DNA of 64,000 nucleotides. Source: a virus. Positions within the stretch are counted from its first letter, which is position 1. The number at the start of each line of letters is the position of its first letter. The notes under the pieces were generated by a model. That model did no database searches and was not told the DNA's origin. It saw nothing but the letters and a program-made list of their open reading frames with translations. Positions 39,101 through 46,363 of this stretch are shown piece by piece. A program made the translations under genes and the position numbers. The DNA lies in the IMG/VR virus record IMGVR_UViG_3300031669_000002, positions 64,001-128,000 of that record; one strand, 5' to 3'.

Positions 39101-41846
39101 AAATGGAGTAGATTCGACCGGCGCACAAACATGTAGATTATATCCGCTACTGTCAAATACTTTAGTTAGGGGTATGAACACATCAATTAAATTTGATAGA
39201 GTATCATATTCATCAACTGTCAAACACTGGGCAAAAAATATTACTCTCAACGGAGGAGACATAGTATCATACAACGGCGCAGTTTATACAGTTAATGGAA
39301 ATTCCTCAATTACGACAGGTGTTGTGTTTGAGTTATCTAATTACACACCAACTTCAATAGATACGCTTAACGCAGCAGATAGAGTTAATGCATTCTACGC
39401 GCCGACAGAAGGAATGCCACCAAACATACTATCTAATCTCTTTACTGGTATTGATTATTCTGGAGTCATTGTTGACGGTACAGACTTTGTTCACTATGTT
39501 GACGCAAACGGAATTGAATACACAGTTGATGCACACGGTAATAAATTACCACTTGATTCTAATATCCAGAGTTATTTTGGAGATTCCTTACTAGGAACTA
39601 GACCTCAAGATATTAATATCGACGGCGGACACTTCATTGATACTTGGAATAGTCATGCGCCAGAAGAGCTAGTACCAGGCAGAGTATTTGATACATTAGA
39701 TATTAAGGTATTTACTGCTAACTTGGCTGCCGGACCAACATACTCCGATTCAGTTGGTTACAGAATGTCTAAAGCAATGACAGTAGAATCAAATACTACA
39801 ATAGATGCTTTATTAGCAGTACCGACAACATTTGATACGAATACAACGACACTTGATTTTATAAATCTTGAACTAGCCTGGGAATTTAAACGTATATCAG
39901 CAGCATTGACTACGACACTGGCAAAAGATTTATTCTTAGTTGAGACTGTAGATAAATTACTTGTAGGTGATTCATATACTATTACCTCAGTTGGCAATAC
40001 AGACTTTATCGCATTGGGTGCAGCAAGTAACACTGTCGGAGAAGTATTTACTGCTAACACCGGCATAGTCAACGTGGGAAATCTTGTTTCTGGAATGAGC
40101 TATAAAATTTCAAGCTTAGGCAATACTGATTTTACTTTATCTGGTGCAACAAGTGTTTCTGCTGGACACTTTAATTCTAATACTTATATTATTGAGTCGT
40201 CGGGAGACACCGACTTTATATCTCTTGGTGCAATGGACAACTTACCCGGAACAGTATTTACATACACCGGTGAGTTCTCTACACCTAAAGAATTACTAAA
40301 TGGAAACACATACATCATTAGTCAAACTGGAACAACCGACTTTGTTGCTCTGGGTGCATCAGCAAGTATAGTTGGGCTTCCGTTTATTGCAAATACATCG
40401 GCTATAGTTAATGCAGGAAATCTTACCATTGGTAAGACATATAGTATTATTTCTGCCGGTAATACAGACTTTGTTGCTCTTGGTGCAGCAAGATCTACTA
40501 CAGGAGAATTATTTACCTACGGAGATCAAAAAGTTAATGCAGGTTCTCTTGTAATAAACAAGAATTATGCAATCACTAGTGTCGGTAATACAGACTTTGT
40601 TGCTCTTGGTGCAGCAACTAACACTGTCGGAGAAGTATTTACTGCTAACATCGGCATAGTCAACGCAGGTTCGATTGGGGTTAATACTGCATATAGAATC
40701 ACAGTGCAGGGAAATACTGACTTTGTTGCTCTTGGTGCAGCAACTAACACTGTCGGAGAAACATTTGTATATCAACAAGTTCCAGTCACAGCTGGAAGTT
40801 TTGTAATCGGAAAAACATATACAATCATTAATCCGGGAAATACAGATTTTACTTTAATAGGATCATCAAGTAACTTAGTAGGTACATCTTTTGTTGCTAC
40901 AGGTACAGGAAATGTAGGAGAGACTGGCGTAACACTTGGACCAAGGATGTTAAGAGCAGGATCATTTGTGGTAGGTAAGGCGTATATTATCGTATCTCTG
41001 GGGAATACTGATTTCACTGCGGCTGGTGCATCTTCTAACACAGTAGGAACATCTTTTTTCGCAATAAATGCAGGTGTTGGTACAGGATCAGTTGATCCAA
41101 ATACTGGTTCAGGAATAGTAGACCCAAGTGCAGGTACAGGCATAGCTGATCCTAATTCGGGAACAGGAATAGTAGATCCATTTAACGGTTCCGGCATTGC
41201 AAGTGGACCAATGATCGCTGTCACTTCAAGTTTATTTACTGTAGGAAAGACATACAAGATAAGTTATCCAGGAACGACCGACTTTGTTGCATTAGGCGCA
41301 GCAAGTAACACTGTCGGAGAAGTATTTACTGCTTCCTCAACTGGAACAGGAACAGGAATAGTAGATCCAAATATAGGTACAGGAACTGCATATATTAGAG
41401 AATTTGTTGCTACTTCTTCAGGGTCAGGAACTGGATTAGTTGCTGTTGCAGGAAACGGAACAATATCGCCTATGCAAATTCACGTAACTAACGGCTCTAA
41501 CCTATATTATCCAAATCCACTAAGACAGTCCCCGGGTATTGTTTATATCAATAGTGAGAAGATTATTTATTGGGGATTAGATGCAACTGCGGGAATAATT
41601 ACAAACTTCCGTCGAGGAACATGGGGTACAGGATCAGAGGACTTCTATCCAGCAGGAACGGCGGTAGTTGATGCAAGCGTAAGTCAATTGATTCCAGGAA
41701 ATACACTAACAACATCGTGGCTTGATCTGGCAATTTCCCCTAATCCGCCAGCCGTAATATTAGAAGGAAACGGTTTATTAGCAAGCAGCACGCCACAGGC
41801 ACTCTTCTTGCAATCAAGTCCGGTAAATTTGCCAAGCTTACCCTAA
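27138..41846 (+). CDS. Giant virion structural protein (baseplate/fibre scaffold), 4902 aa
   Basis: Uninterrupted ORF after gp6-like. Contains about seven FG-GAP-like blades (~34250-36700), CBM5/12-like W-x-x-x-x-x-Y-x-x-G-D-x-V motifs and repeated GxTDF modules. Confidence 0.8.
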   Translation: MIIKTLSYLPLIFQTPANQKFLNATLDQLVTQPDFKRVDGYIGRKFAPTYRAGDNYVPEPTAERQNYQLEPSVVSLDINGETQFFSTYTDLLQQIEYYGGITNNHTRLFDQESYTFDGKIDFDKFVNFSEYYWLPTGPDPVNVYSVSSNLRQTFDITRNLAVNAYTISGFNNSPNPEIILARGGVYQFVVDQPGFNFWIQTDIGTSGTKLTQPNISTRQILGVDNNGTDNGTVTFTVPQADAQDGFITMPLVQSIDFATNLLYSDIQGKNLATFAGIDGVSSNLPGKYLIFTSNDTNASNWGNTDPSHWNGIWQIQLSGANINLVWIKDIPVGEKVFIKSGSTYVNLEFYKITTGQLEQVPPASASLNILYYADSTNPGFYGTIRVVDPLTFQIDVETEILGKQSYTSPNGVVFTNGLKITLNNTVTPASYAGNTYYVEGVGSSIKLLPVDLYGGTSTLDYIVINRSSIDGNSWSKTNSWFHSDVIAATSTYNNTVPLLDQLTRASRPIIEFSPNLQLFNYGRVEKPYVNILDFTSTDAFTQVQGSVLFDPAVYKTGETIIFAADQDPNVKNKIYNIDIATIAGGAYTVSESSPTAIGSLVAGETYVIDILGTTNWAAVGAAVPTPGIPFVATGPGTGTGIAYHIIYTRPGHFVSGQTYQITDVGTMNWSLLGVSSPTVGLQFIASFIGNDATTGTGAAQFVTQPESFINLTEVLNGDVLAYDVVIPNTGMLVKLNPSNNSQFDTNTSFRTIDYSLLPADIGTLSLTTVNGYGTAGTLIKGYQYEIKYAGTTDFTLYGSPDNLVGTIFTATNTNLPTTGQQTGIAQLLNIVDSGFVSGKSYWFNGINWVQSQQKTSTNQSPLFDIVDNNLISLGDPTIYYATSFKGCPIFTYLQGTGTADPALGFPISYRNINNVGDIEFTNNYDTDTFNQLVGLTTVTNNVNSGFIPVIVDRTTIIKENMWVKKFENSKQYQIFSAVYDGSTSNFQIDILPDQSQFIPNLKVYVNSIELVSTSYSITTVGIVNYLTISSTLSVGDEIDILIYSATQVSTAGYYEIPSNLDYNALNENFTVLTHGQFRNHVATIASNTTEILGKVPGQSNLRDLSVKTFGGSILQHSSPLIYSELFLLNKDLNFMDASTYVQLEYNRFKNKFLEAFPSVVDAGILDPAVAVDTILLQLNTVKNDKSPWYYSDMVPYGGNKVTTTYTVLNVDITAYEIASIFNDNILGNKAILVYLNGSQLVKGIDFTFDQTRPAINFIKLLNYGDTITINTYSNTDGNFIPETPTKLGLYPKFTPEKFVDSSYQSSPIVIRGHDGSITPAFGDMRDELLLELEKRIYNNIKVEYTTSKFDLFKFIPGKFRETEYTKAEFDQILSRSFMEWISNNRTDYSDNQWFQSGNQWSWTYSSFKDKIDGSYLPGYWKGIYKYFYDTDAPHLRAWEMLGFSEMPDWWIDTYGPAPYTAGNKVLWDDLESGTIVQGTRAGTYSQYARPGLSTVIPVDVYGNLLSPNEFLVTGFNGSTVDDTFVFGDNGPVENAWRTSSHYPFAVQRAIALMKPALYFAQLANVQDYSNTNELGQWLFVDNNRRITLKTLEVNGEVITPLTATAINPTGSILRQAGYLNWISDYVAGYGASSPTMIHSYLDTLSVKLGYRAAGFTDQSFISIFADQASPNSTNKSIVIPNENYQVYVHKSAPISSIVYSAVIIEKTPRGFSVSGYSTEQPYFTIIPSNPNNNFYTISAAGLTGVIYNDYQPLTITVPYGHEFVNKQQVVDFLTSYGRYLISLGFTFTEVDPDLQIAKDWILAAKEFLTWTQQGWAVGNIIVVSPISNSISLTVNNGVVDEITNFPNGSKVMDVGFNVIKSNLFTVIRDTSEFNLTTAAPNITIGLLDVDVVQYENALIFDNTTVFNDVIYAPELGNRQYRLKLIGDVTSSWTGEFNPPGLIYSNPSVQAWQQGKDYRQGDIVGYNNFLYSALQDIDATNTFNYSYWAQLDQAAFKTGMLPNLSYNASKFLDMYDVDNQVADQNINEYAMGLIGYRDRDYLTQLRVDTTSQVKFYQGFIRDKGTKNAVNALASATFENLNGTLNFYEEWAFRVGNYGSTLSNQFLEVQLYDNLYKYDPMSFALLNNNETTTDTGVVGVYESDLYKKPLTFTPAIIENRSPESIYSSDIASAGYVNLNDVDATVFDITDAASLNALVPSISTGFKLWVAKDNTSNWNVYRLAEALAKVIDVLYQLNNFALFTTSTTHGLVAGDIFVVKGFSSLVDGFYTVIRSVDDQTNNIYTLFVAITDSLNAALIVTPEITGDGNMFNLSSMRVKYQTNILDITPGLGWINNDKVWIDTNDANSNWAVYQKTDPWNFVDALALYSTQITANALVGSSIASTSDGLLVAIGAPSSNLLPNDGSIKIFTRTLAGNYIPGNSINPSLSPNRPFISNITLYNIPYLGSPIPGTAPFKLSLSNLGFTPNPLNIVTVVWDDIWVPGLVPDSLSNPAGIGVPLISGIQNDYVITYNDPDPLFLGQTTITFRNNPTLHGAASSLRFRLAEVEPEKFGESLDIKQNTIAVGSPGYRGAGPNEGRVAIYNIDSTGTISMTQSIDPELLNATYNTLATYQYIATDDLFGSSVSLSDDAQWLFVGSPHSQWNGIIGSVYAFALKDITSSTQTITTSGNITTYPLTISNISNQLGITVLNQFYSLIPNVDYVIDINASTITFTKNPAGKIYQVNQGPYYDFNSVIAPNDGDLGDQFGSVVKSQADGRYVVVGAKNKTINAQASVGQSYLFTRSVQDIIGDGITSSFNLYQVPNTQSNAYASTYSLSGQEYTQVLDTNTSVSTYNLTFTANTDAIITVTPNVPPALSYTIDYSTNQIIFNTNPGNIQCNITQTITSTYNFVPNVTPNVYLSGSTISFGAAPGKNLVLHVELNNFSQIQTFNSNNALLLDSGANFGNAVTLSSTLDEVFVGATGSTSQDGRVFRFTNPSITYNTILLDLVPTASNIIINNKFIDLTSANANVYAILSTITSANIVGLSSSIEGNAIRLTYNSTKANDSLTVLETNTAGEIVSLGSPLINTQTLVHPVISQYIFSNSQFGSTLAYDNVSGTLVAAASNSPTIENFQLDGFSTTFDGNSTRIFDKLDNTGAVYAFEELYNPLNSIDVPSKFIFTQSFAPASLVANINFGSAIAMNYNSIFIGANNADVTPVDALGVTGNIVPRAGNVFYYSNPTVTSAWGQIRQEAPKVDLASVSRIFLYDRTSQAILSSLDYIDPAKGKILGAAEQDITFKSAFDPAKYNVGTNANTSVRQNYHWGKTQVGQIWWDLSKVQYIDYEQDTLSYRIKNWGSLFPGSTIEINEWVESSVLPSQYSGDGTVKYPDNSAYVQSTMLNSSTGFIVTTYYYWVTNRTTLDPSLTFRRSTALTIANMIKSPATQGIPYAAIIQDNALAMYSANQYLNADRTIMHIDYEKLANENIIHNEYELIQENSPNAIIPSDIVSKLIDSLTGADAFGNPVPDVQLGVAERYGITIRPRQTMFIDNLTATKNMVEFANTVFLTLPVVEEFDLTNLYLSDPVPVTWGNLYPVAWKINTQYVADELVSYNGKTYLVKFDLNSGTYFNAPYYAETILPDVSVSTPIELTYLDTSLLSIHQVILVEQDSNYNNGWSLYQLGINRTFTVIRTETYQTSNYWSKVDWFDSTYDPTIKPTHTVGTIPDIGNLTLVSGDTVWVLNNGAGLFIVYKVNTDLSLSLVGLQQGTIQLSDALWNHAAYEIGFDNDRFDTVKFDLNPTTEFRNILYALYNNIFTNSLAGEFNNMFFILLNYILSEQRTIDWAIKTSFVSVLHQLRKLLQYPNYIEDNQTYYQSYIDEVKPYRTTIREYVIDYQGDDLVRVHPTDFDLPPYFDTEFNMWRSPNGEHAKDTLILSTYPQYADWNANHTYSIGNVAIISGGIGYTDPPEIIVEGGGGTGAILQSSIDLNGIVKFIKVVKPGYGYTTTPTLLVRGNGVDSTGAQTCRLYPLLSNTLVRGMNTSIKFDRVSYSSTVKHWAKNITLNGGDIVSYNGAVYTVNGNSSITTGVVFELSNYTPTSIDTLNAADRVNAFYAPTEGMPPNILSNLFTGIDYSGVIVDGTDFVHYVDANGIEYTVDAHGNKLPLDSNIQSYFGDSLLGTRPQDINIDGGHFIDTWNSHAPEELVPGRVFDTLDIKVFTANLAAGPTYSDSVGYRMSKAMTVESNTTIDALLAVPTTFDTNTTTLDFINLELAWEFKRISAALTTTLAKDLFLVETVDKLLVGDSYTITSVGNTDFIALGAASNTVGEVFTANTGIVNVGNLVSGMSYKISSLGNTDFTLSGATSVSAGHFNSNTYIIESSGDTDFISLGAMDNLPGTVFTYTGEFSTPKELLNGNTYIISQTGTTDFVALGASASIVGLPFIANTSAIVNAGNLTIGKTYSIISAGNTDFVALGAARSTTGELFTYGDQKVNAGSLVINKNYAITSVGNTDFVALGAATNTVGEVFTANIGIVNAGSIGVNTAYRITVQGNTDFVALGAATNTVGETFVYQQVPVTAGSFVIGKTYTIINPGNTDFTLIGSSSNLVGTSFVATGTGNVGETGVTLGPRMLRAGSFVVGKAYIIVSLGNTDFTAAGASSNTVGTSFFAINAGVGTGSVDPNTGSGIVDPSAGTGIADPNSGTGIVDPFNGSGIASGPMIAVTSSLFTVGKTYKISYPGTTDFVALGAASNTVGEVFTASSTGTGTGIVDPNIGTGTAYIREFVATSSGSGTGLVAVAGNGTISPMQIHVTNGSNLYYPNPLRQSPGIVYINSEKIIYWGLDATAGIITNFRRGTWGTGSEDFYPAGTAVVDASVSQLIPGNTLTTSWLDLAISPNPPAVILEGNGLLASSTPQALFLQSSPVNLPSLP
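39940..41470 (+). repeat. Ten GxxYxIxxxGxTDFxxxGAxxNxVGxxF modules plus a 27-bp DPxxGxGIV tandem run
   Basis: 55 nt with 2 mismatches at 40020-40074 vs 40611-40665; 36 nt identical at 40020 and 41298; 9-aa repeats at 41079-41210. Confidence 0.92.
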
Positions 41847-41865
41847 TTAAAGGATAAATAATACT

Positions 41866-42039
41866 ATGACCAATATATTAAAAGACACAGAAAAAGACAC
41901 AAAGAATCCTCCGCTTAGGGAAGTCATTGACCATAAATCAGAGAAAACCCCCGACGATGCAGCAGGATTGCATGTTGAGGCTAAATTTAGAATATTTGAG
42001 CCTGTATCTAATAAAACAATAGTAGAGGGAAAAGGATAA
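41866..42039 (+). CDS. Small late protein (57 aa; absent from ORF track)
   Basis: ATG 5 nt after TAAATA; stop overlaps the next ATG; C-terminus resembles the N-terminus of the next gene. Confidence 0.6.
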   Translation: MTNILKDTEKDTKNPPLREVIDHKSEKTPDDAAGLHVEAKFRIFEPVSNKTIVEGKG

Positions 42040-42641
42040 TGGCTTCAGTTAATATTAAAATAGAAGGACACGTCAAGATACATAACCCAGAATCTGGAGA
42101 AATCTTCGTTGATAAAAATAATGCTATTCATTATGAAAACATGTCTCAGGCATTGGCTTACGGAGTATCAAATTCAGGCCAAAATTATATATACGAGATG
42201 CACTTTGGAAATGGCGGTACGTCGATAGACCCAACAGGCGTTATTAGTTACTTGCCTCCGAATACCACGCAGCAGAATGCCCAACTATACAACGATACAT
42301 ATTATAAGATAGTTAACAATACAAGTCTTCTTAATACAGATCCTCTCCGTAACAAAATAACAGTTCTGCATACTAGCGGCACAACATATACAGATATTTT
42401 AGTATCGTGTCTATTAGATTACGGTGAACCAAACGACCAACAGCATTTTGACAATAGCCAAAATTTAAGTGGTGCCTATGTATTTGACGAATTAGGACTA
42501 AAAGGATACCCACTAAGTGGGGTATCCGGAACTGGTCCGTTGCTTACTCATGTTATTTTCCATCCTGTTCAGAAAGCATTAAATCGATTAATACAGGTGG
42601 ATTACACAGTTAGAATTTCTGCTCTAACTAACTTATCTTAG
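42039..42641 (+). CDS. Virion structural protein
   Basis: 200 aa in the tail operon; FVDKNNAIHYEN, FDELGL and HVIFHPVQKALNR motifs. Confidence 0.65.
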   Translation: MASVNIKIEGHVKIHNPESGEIFVDKNNAIHYENMSQALAYGVSNSGQNYIYEMHFGNGGTSIDPTGVISYLPPNTTQQNAQLYNDTYYKIVNNTSLLNTDPLRNKITVLHTSGTTYTDILVSCLLDYGEPNDQQHFDNSQNLSGAYVFDELGLKGYPLSGVSGTGPLLTHVIFHPVQKALNRLIQVDYTVRISALTNLS

Positions 42642-42652
42642 GCAGCTAACTT

Positions 42653-44254
42653 ATGACAACTTACGTTATATCACACACAAACGGCACAATTTATACTACT
42701 CTAGCCACGGGGGTCGTAGATACTAACTTGGGTATATCATTGCTAGGACCAAACTATGTTGGTTACGGGCAATCGATTGCCAATAACTTTATACGGTTAC
42801 TAGAAAACCAAGCAAATAATACACCTCCTACATTTCCTATAACAGGTCAACTGTGGTACGACACATCTCCATTTTCTAACGGCGGGCAAGTACTAAAGTT
42901 CTGGGACGGCACAAAGTTTAAACCAGTATCAAGCAGTGAGCTAGGAACTTCGCCGCCGCCAGCACCATTAAATGGCGATCAATGGTGGGACACCGCAAAC
43001 GATCAATTACATATTTGGAATGGCGCATCTTGGATGCTTGTGGGTCCGGGGTATAGGAACGGAGCAGGGGAAGGAATTTCTGGACTATCTAATACTCTTT
43101 TGCCGTTGGCTGACACTAATTCTCAGTTACATATTACTGGAAATCTTCAATTAAACGCAAAGACAGTTGCATTAATAAGCAATGATGCATATACTTTGTC
43201 TACTCCTATTTCGGGAATTACTTCGGTGCTTCCGGGCATTAATCTTGCACCAGGAACAGTCATTAATGGTACGTCAACTAATGCACAACAACTTGGTTCT
43301 TACCCAGCATCAAACTATGTAAGAAACGACTCATCAGGAATAATATCTGCAAGTTTAGCAGTAACAGGCAGTCTTACAATTGGAAGTACGTCGCCTACTA
43401 TAATTTACTCTGATTTATCTAATGCTCAATACATTGGCTCATCTTCTGCCATTACTCTTGTTTCTGGTAATGCTTCTATTACTGCAAACTCAAGTGCTAA
43501 CACTATTACCATTAGTAATGAACCAACAGTATCCAATTCGGTAGCAACGAAAAATTACGTAGACTCTCAAGATTCAGCAGTAATTGCTTCTGCAAAAGCA
43601 TATACAGATAGTAACGTATCTACATTACTGGGTTCTACTAATGTAAATACTATTACTAACCTGGCATTACTATCAACAGCTATTAATAATGACCTTACAT
43701 TTTCAAACAACGTATATACTGCGATTGGATTCAAATCTGATATTACTAACCCAACATTTAAAGGTAATGTAAATGTCATTGGTTCAATCTTACCAACTGC
43801 CAATATCTCAAGCGATATAGGTTCTACTGGATATAATTTCCGTCATATATATAGTCAAGCAATTAGCTCGACCTTTGCTGACTTGGCAGAAAAGTATGAT
43901 GCAGATAAACAATATGAAGCAGGTACTGTTGTGGTATTTGGTGGAGACAGTGAGGTTACCGTGAGTGCAACGTACTGTGATTCTAGAATTGCTGGCATCG
44001 TGTCAGAAAATCCAGCATATACTATGAATGATGCGTCGACTGGCATTCCAATTGCTCTAACAGGAAAAGTATTTTGTAAGTTTGTTGGTCCTGTTAAGAA
44101 GGGAGATATTATTGTTAACTCGTCGCGAGCAGGTGTTGCCACGACGCTTTCCGATAAAACACTTTGGACTCCTGGGTGCGTAATAGGCAAAAGTTTAGTA
44201 GATGATACAAATCATGGTCTGCGTAATATTATGATCTCAGTTGGACGATTTTAA
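42653..44254 (+). CDS. Tail fibre protein with a C-terminal autocleaving chaperone-like domain
   Basis: GPNYVGYG..NF..LLEN, GQLWYD and GDQWWD repeats; C-terminal ADLAEKY...GTVV...IAGIVS.NPAY...IALTGKV. Confidence 0.7.
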   Translation: MTTYVISHTNGTIYTTLATGVVDTNLGISLLGPNYVGYGQSIANNFIRLLENQANNTPPTFPITGQLWYDTSPFSNGGQVLKFWDGTKFKPVSSSELGTSPPPAPLNGDQWWDTANDQLHIWNGASWMLVGPGYRNGAGEGISGLSNTLLPLADTNSQLHITGNLQLNAKTVALISNDAYTLSTPISGITSVLPGINLAPGTVINGTSTNAQQLGSYPASNYVRNDSSGIISASLAVTGSLTIGSTSPTIIYSDLSNAQYIGSSSAITLVSGNASITANSSANTITISNEPTVSNSVATKNYVDSQDSAVIASAKAYTDSNVSTLLGSTNVNTITNLALLSTAINNDLTFSNNVYTAIGFKSDITNPTFKGNVNVIGSILPTANISSDIGSTGYNFRHIYSQAISSTFADLAEKYDADKQYEAGTVVVFGGDSEVTVSATYCDSRIAGIVSENPAYTMNDASTGIPIALTGKVFCKFVGPVKKGDIIVNSSRAGVATTLSDKTLWTPGCVIGKSLVDDTNHGLRNIMISVGRF

Positions 44255-44263
44255 GGATAATAA

Positions 44264-45565
44264 ATGTCATACAATATAACTTTAAGTGATGGATCCAAAT
44301 TAACAACGGTTTTTGATGGAACAACCGACACTACTAGCACGAGTATAACTTTAATTGGCAAAAACTTTGCTGGGTACGGACAGTTTCTAAATGAAAACTT
44401 TGTTGAAATGCTGGAGCATTTCTCAAACTCAGTTTCGCCATCAAACCCACTACAAGGGCAGATATGGTGGAATTCTAATACAAAAACATTACAGGTTTGG
44501 ACAAGCACTCAATGGAAGAGTGTATCAAGTACAACAACTTCAGCCACCGCGCCAATCTCTCCAAATTCTGGAGATCTATGGTGGGACACTGTTAATCAAC
44601 AACTCAAAGTATGGAACGCAGCATCAAACTCGTGGGTGGTAATTGGCCCAGCATATAGCTCGTCTCAAGGATTAACAGGAGCGGTGGCCGCAGTAGTATA
44701 TGATACTCCACAAAATAATAAACACGTGGTTGTTGAGTTTTATGTAGGCGGATATATTTTAGCAATTTTAAGCGGTGCGCCAAATGATCCGTCTGCAAAC
44801 GGCTCATATACATTAGCATCTCCTATTAGCGGGTTTGATTACATTAATCCAGGATTAAATCTATCAAGCATTAACGAACTGAAATATAACGGTGATGCAA
44901 GTAATTCGTTGCATTTTGGTCCGTCAGGATCAGCAATATCATATTCGCAGTATTTAAGAAGCGATATAGACGGAACACTTAATGGTAACTTAACTATTTC
45001 CCCCATAAGTATTACTGGTTCAAATCTAGTTATTTCGGGAACAAATGCCTCGTCTATTAGCATTGCAGATACTACTCCTGGTTCTAATGTAATATTCTCA
45101 GTTAATACTGGAGCAGGCCAACAAACAGTCCTTACATTAGATGCAACTTCGTCAGTAGCCACTGTTTCAAATATCACAAGTGCATCTCCTGGCACAAGCG
45201 TAGTCAATAAGAATTATGTCGATAATAATTCTTATCAAGGTTCAATAGTAAGCACAAAATCATCAAATGTTATTGTGTCGTCCTCAATGGTCACGATTGC
45301 TAATATTTCCTCATCATATTCGTCGGCGGAGTTTCTAATTCAAACCACTAGTTCAACGGGTAACGTTCAGTTATCGAAAGTTCTTGCTATTAGTAATAAT
45401 GGAAATAGTTATTCTACTGAATACGGTACAATAACAAACGGGACTAACCCCGCAGCAGTTTTTTCGACTACTATTTCTAACGGGGCATTACAGTTAGTAG
45501 CAACCCCGTCTGTCGGTGCAGGGCAAGTAACATATAAAGTAAATATTACAGCAGTAACACAATAA
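44264..45565 (+). CDS. Tail fibre protein (N-terminal paralogue of 42653-44254)
   Basis: Same GKNFAGYG..ENF..LEHF, GQIWW and GDLWWD architecture with a different C-terminus. Confidence 0.7.
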   Translation: MSYNITLSDGSKLTTVFDGTTDTTSTSITLIGKNFAGYGQFLNENFVEMLEHFSNSVSPSNPLQGQIWWNSNTKTLQVWTSTQWKSVSSTTTSATAPISPNSGDLWWDTVNQQLKVWNAASNSWVVIGPAYSSSQGLTGAVAAVVYDTPQNNKHVVVEFYVGGYILAILSGAPNDPSANGSYTLASPISGFDYINPGLNLSSINELKYNGDASNSLHFGPSGSAISYSQYLRSDIDGTLNGNLTISPISITGSNLVISGTNASSISIADTTPGSNVIFSVNTGAGQQTVLTLDATSSVATVSNITSASPGTSVVNKNYVDNNSYQGSIVSTKSSNVIVSSSMVTIANISSSYSSAEFLIQTTSSTGNVQLSKVLAISNNGNSYSTEYGTITNGTNPAAVFSTTISNGALQLVATPSVGAGQVTYKVNITAVTQ

Positions 45566-45598
45566 TAAAAATTTAACTGGGGAAAGGGAACCGGTCAT

Positions 45599-46363
45599 AT
45601 GACAAACACTACATCAAAATTTAATGCAAGGAACGGACTTACAGTGGGCTCGCCGCCTGTTGATGTCGTATCTGCTATCGGCGATATATCAATAACCGGC
45701 AATGTTACAGCTTATAACATAACATCTACTGGCACAGTAACATTATCGGGTAGCCTGGTCGCTCCAGGAACAATGACTGCGGGTTCTGGATTTATCGGCA
45801 CGGCAAGCAATGCAACGAGTATATATGGTGGGATATCAGGAGCAATACCGTATCAAACTGCCGCTAATACAACCGCCTTTTCTCCAGCAGGCACTGCTGG
45901 GTATGCACTAATCTCAGGTGGTTCTGCCGCACCTAGTTGGTCTTTTTTAAACTCAATACCGCTTGTTGCGCCGGGTGGCTATAACTTAGTTGCCACCGCA
46001 GCAAAACAGTGTCCGGGAAATGTAATGGGAGAGATATATAATTTTAGAATAGGTCAAACGGGAACTTATACATTTGGCACTTATGTATATTCAAATGCTC
46101 ATTGGATGTATGCACAGATTTATAAAAACGGTGTCGCTTATGGTCCATTTCATACCCTAGTTGGTGGTGGGGCTGGTAACGTTAGAACAGCTACTTATTA
46201 CGACAACTTAGCATTTAATTTAGGAGATACTGTTCAGATATTTGGAGAAAATGTTCAAGGAGGCGATTATCCTTACACTGAAAGACTAACATTTTACATT
46301 TATGCAGATAATCATTCAATCTTAGTTGGTCCAAGTGCTCTTGGGATAGGAGTTCGTTTATGA
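45599..46363 (+). CDS. Tail fibre / receptor-binding protein
   Basis: Gly/Thr-rich, GAIPYQTAA motif, beta-rich C-terminal domain. Confidence 0.55.
   Translation: MTNTTSKFNARNGLTVGSPPVDVVSAIGDISITGNVTAYNITSTGTVTLSGSLVAPGTMTAGSGFIGTASNATSIYGGISGAIPYQTAANTTAFSPAGTAGYALISGGSAAPSWSFLNSIPLVAPGGYNLVATAAKQCPGNVMGEIYNFRIGQTGTYTFGTYVYSNAHWMYAQIYKNGVAYGPFHTLVGGGAGNVRTATYYDNLAFNLGDTVQIFGENVQGGDYPYTERLTFYIYADNHSILVGPSALGIGVRL

Noticed and set aside
39940-41470. Near-identical DNA repeats as a CRISPR array or DGR template/variable pair
   Set aside because: They are in-frame coding repeats with irregular spacing. The mismatches (G/C, C/T) are not adenine-specific, and no reverse transcriptase or cas gene is in the window.
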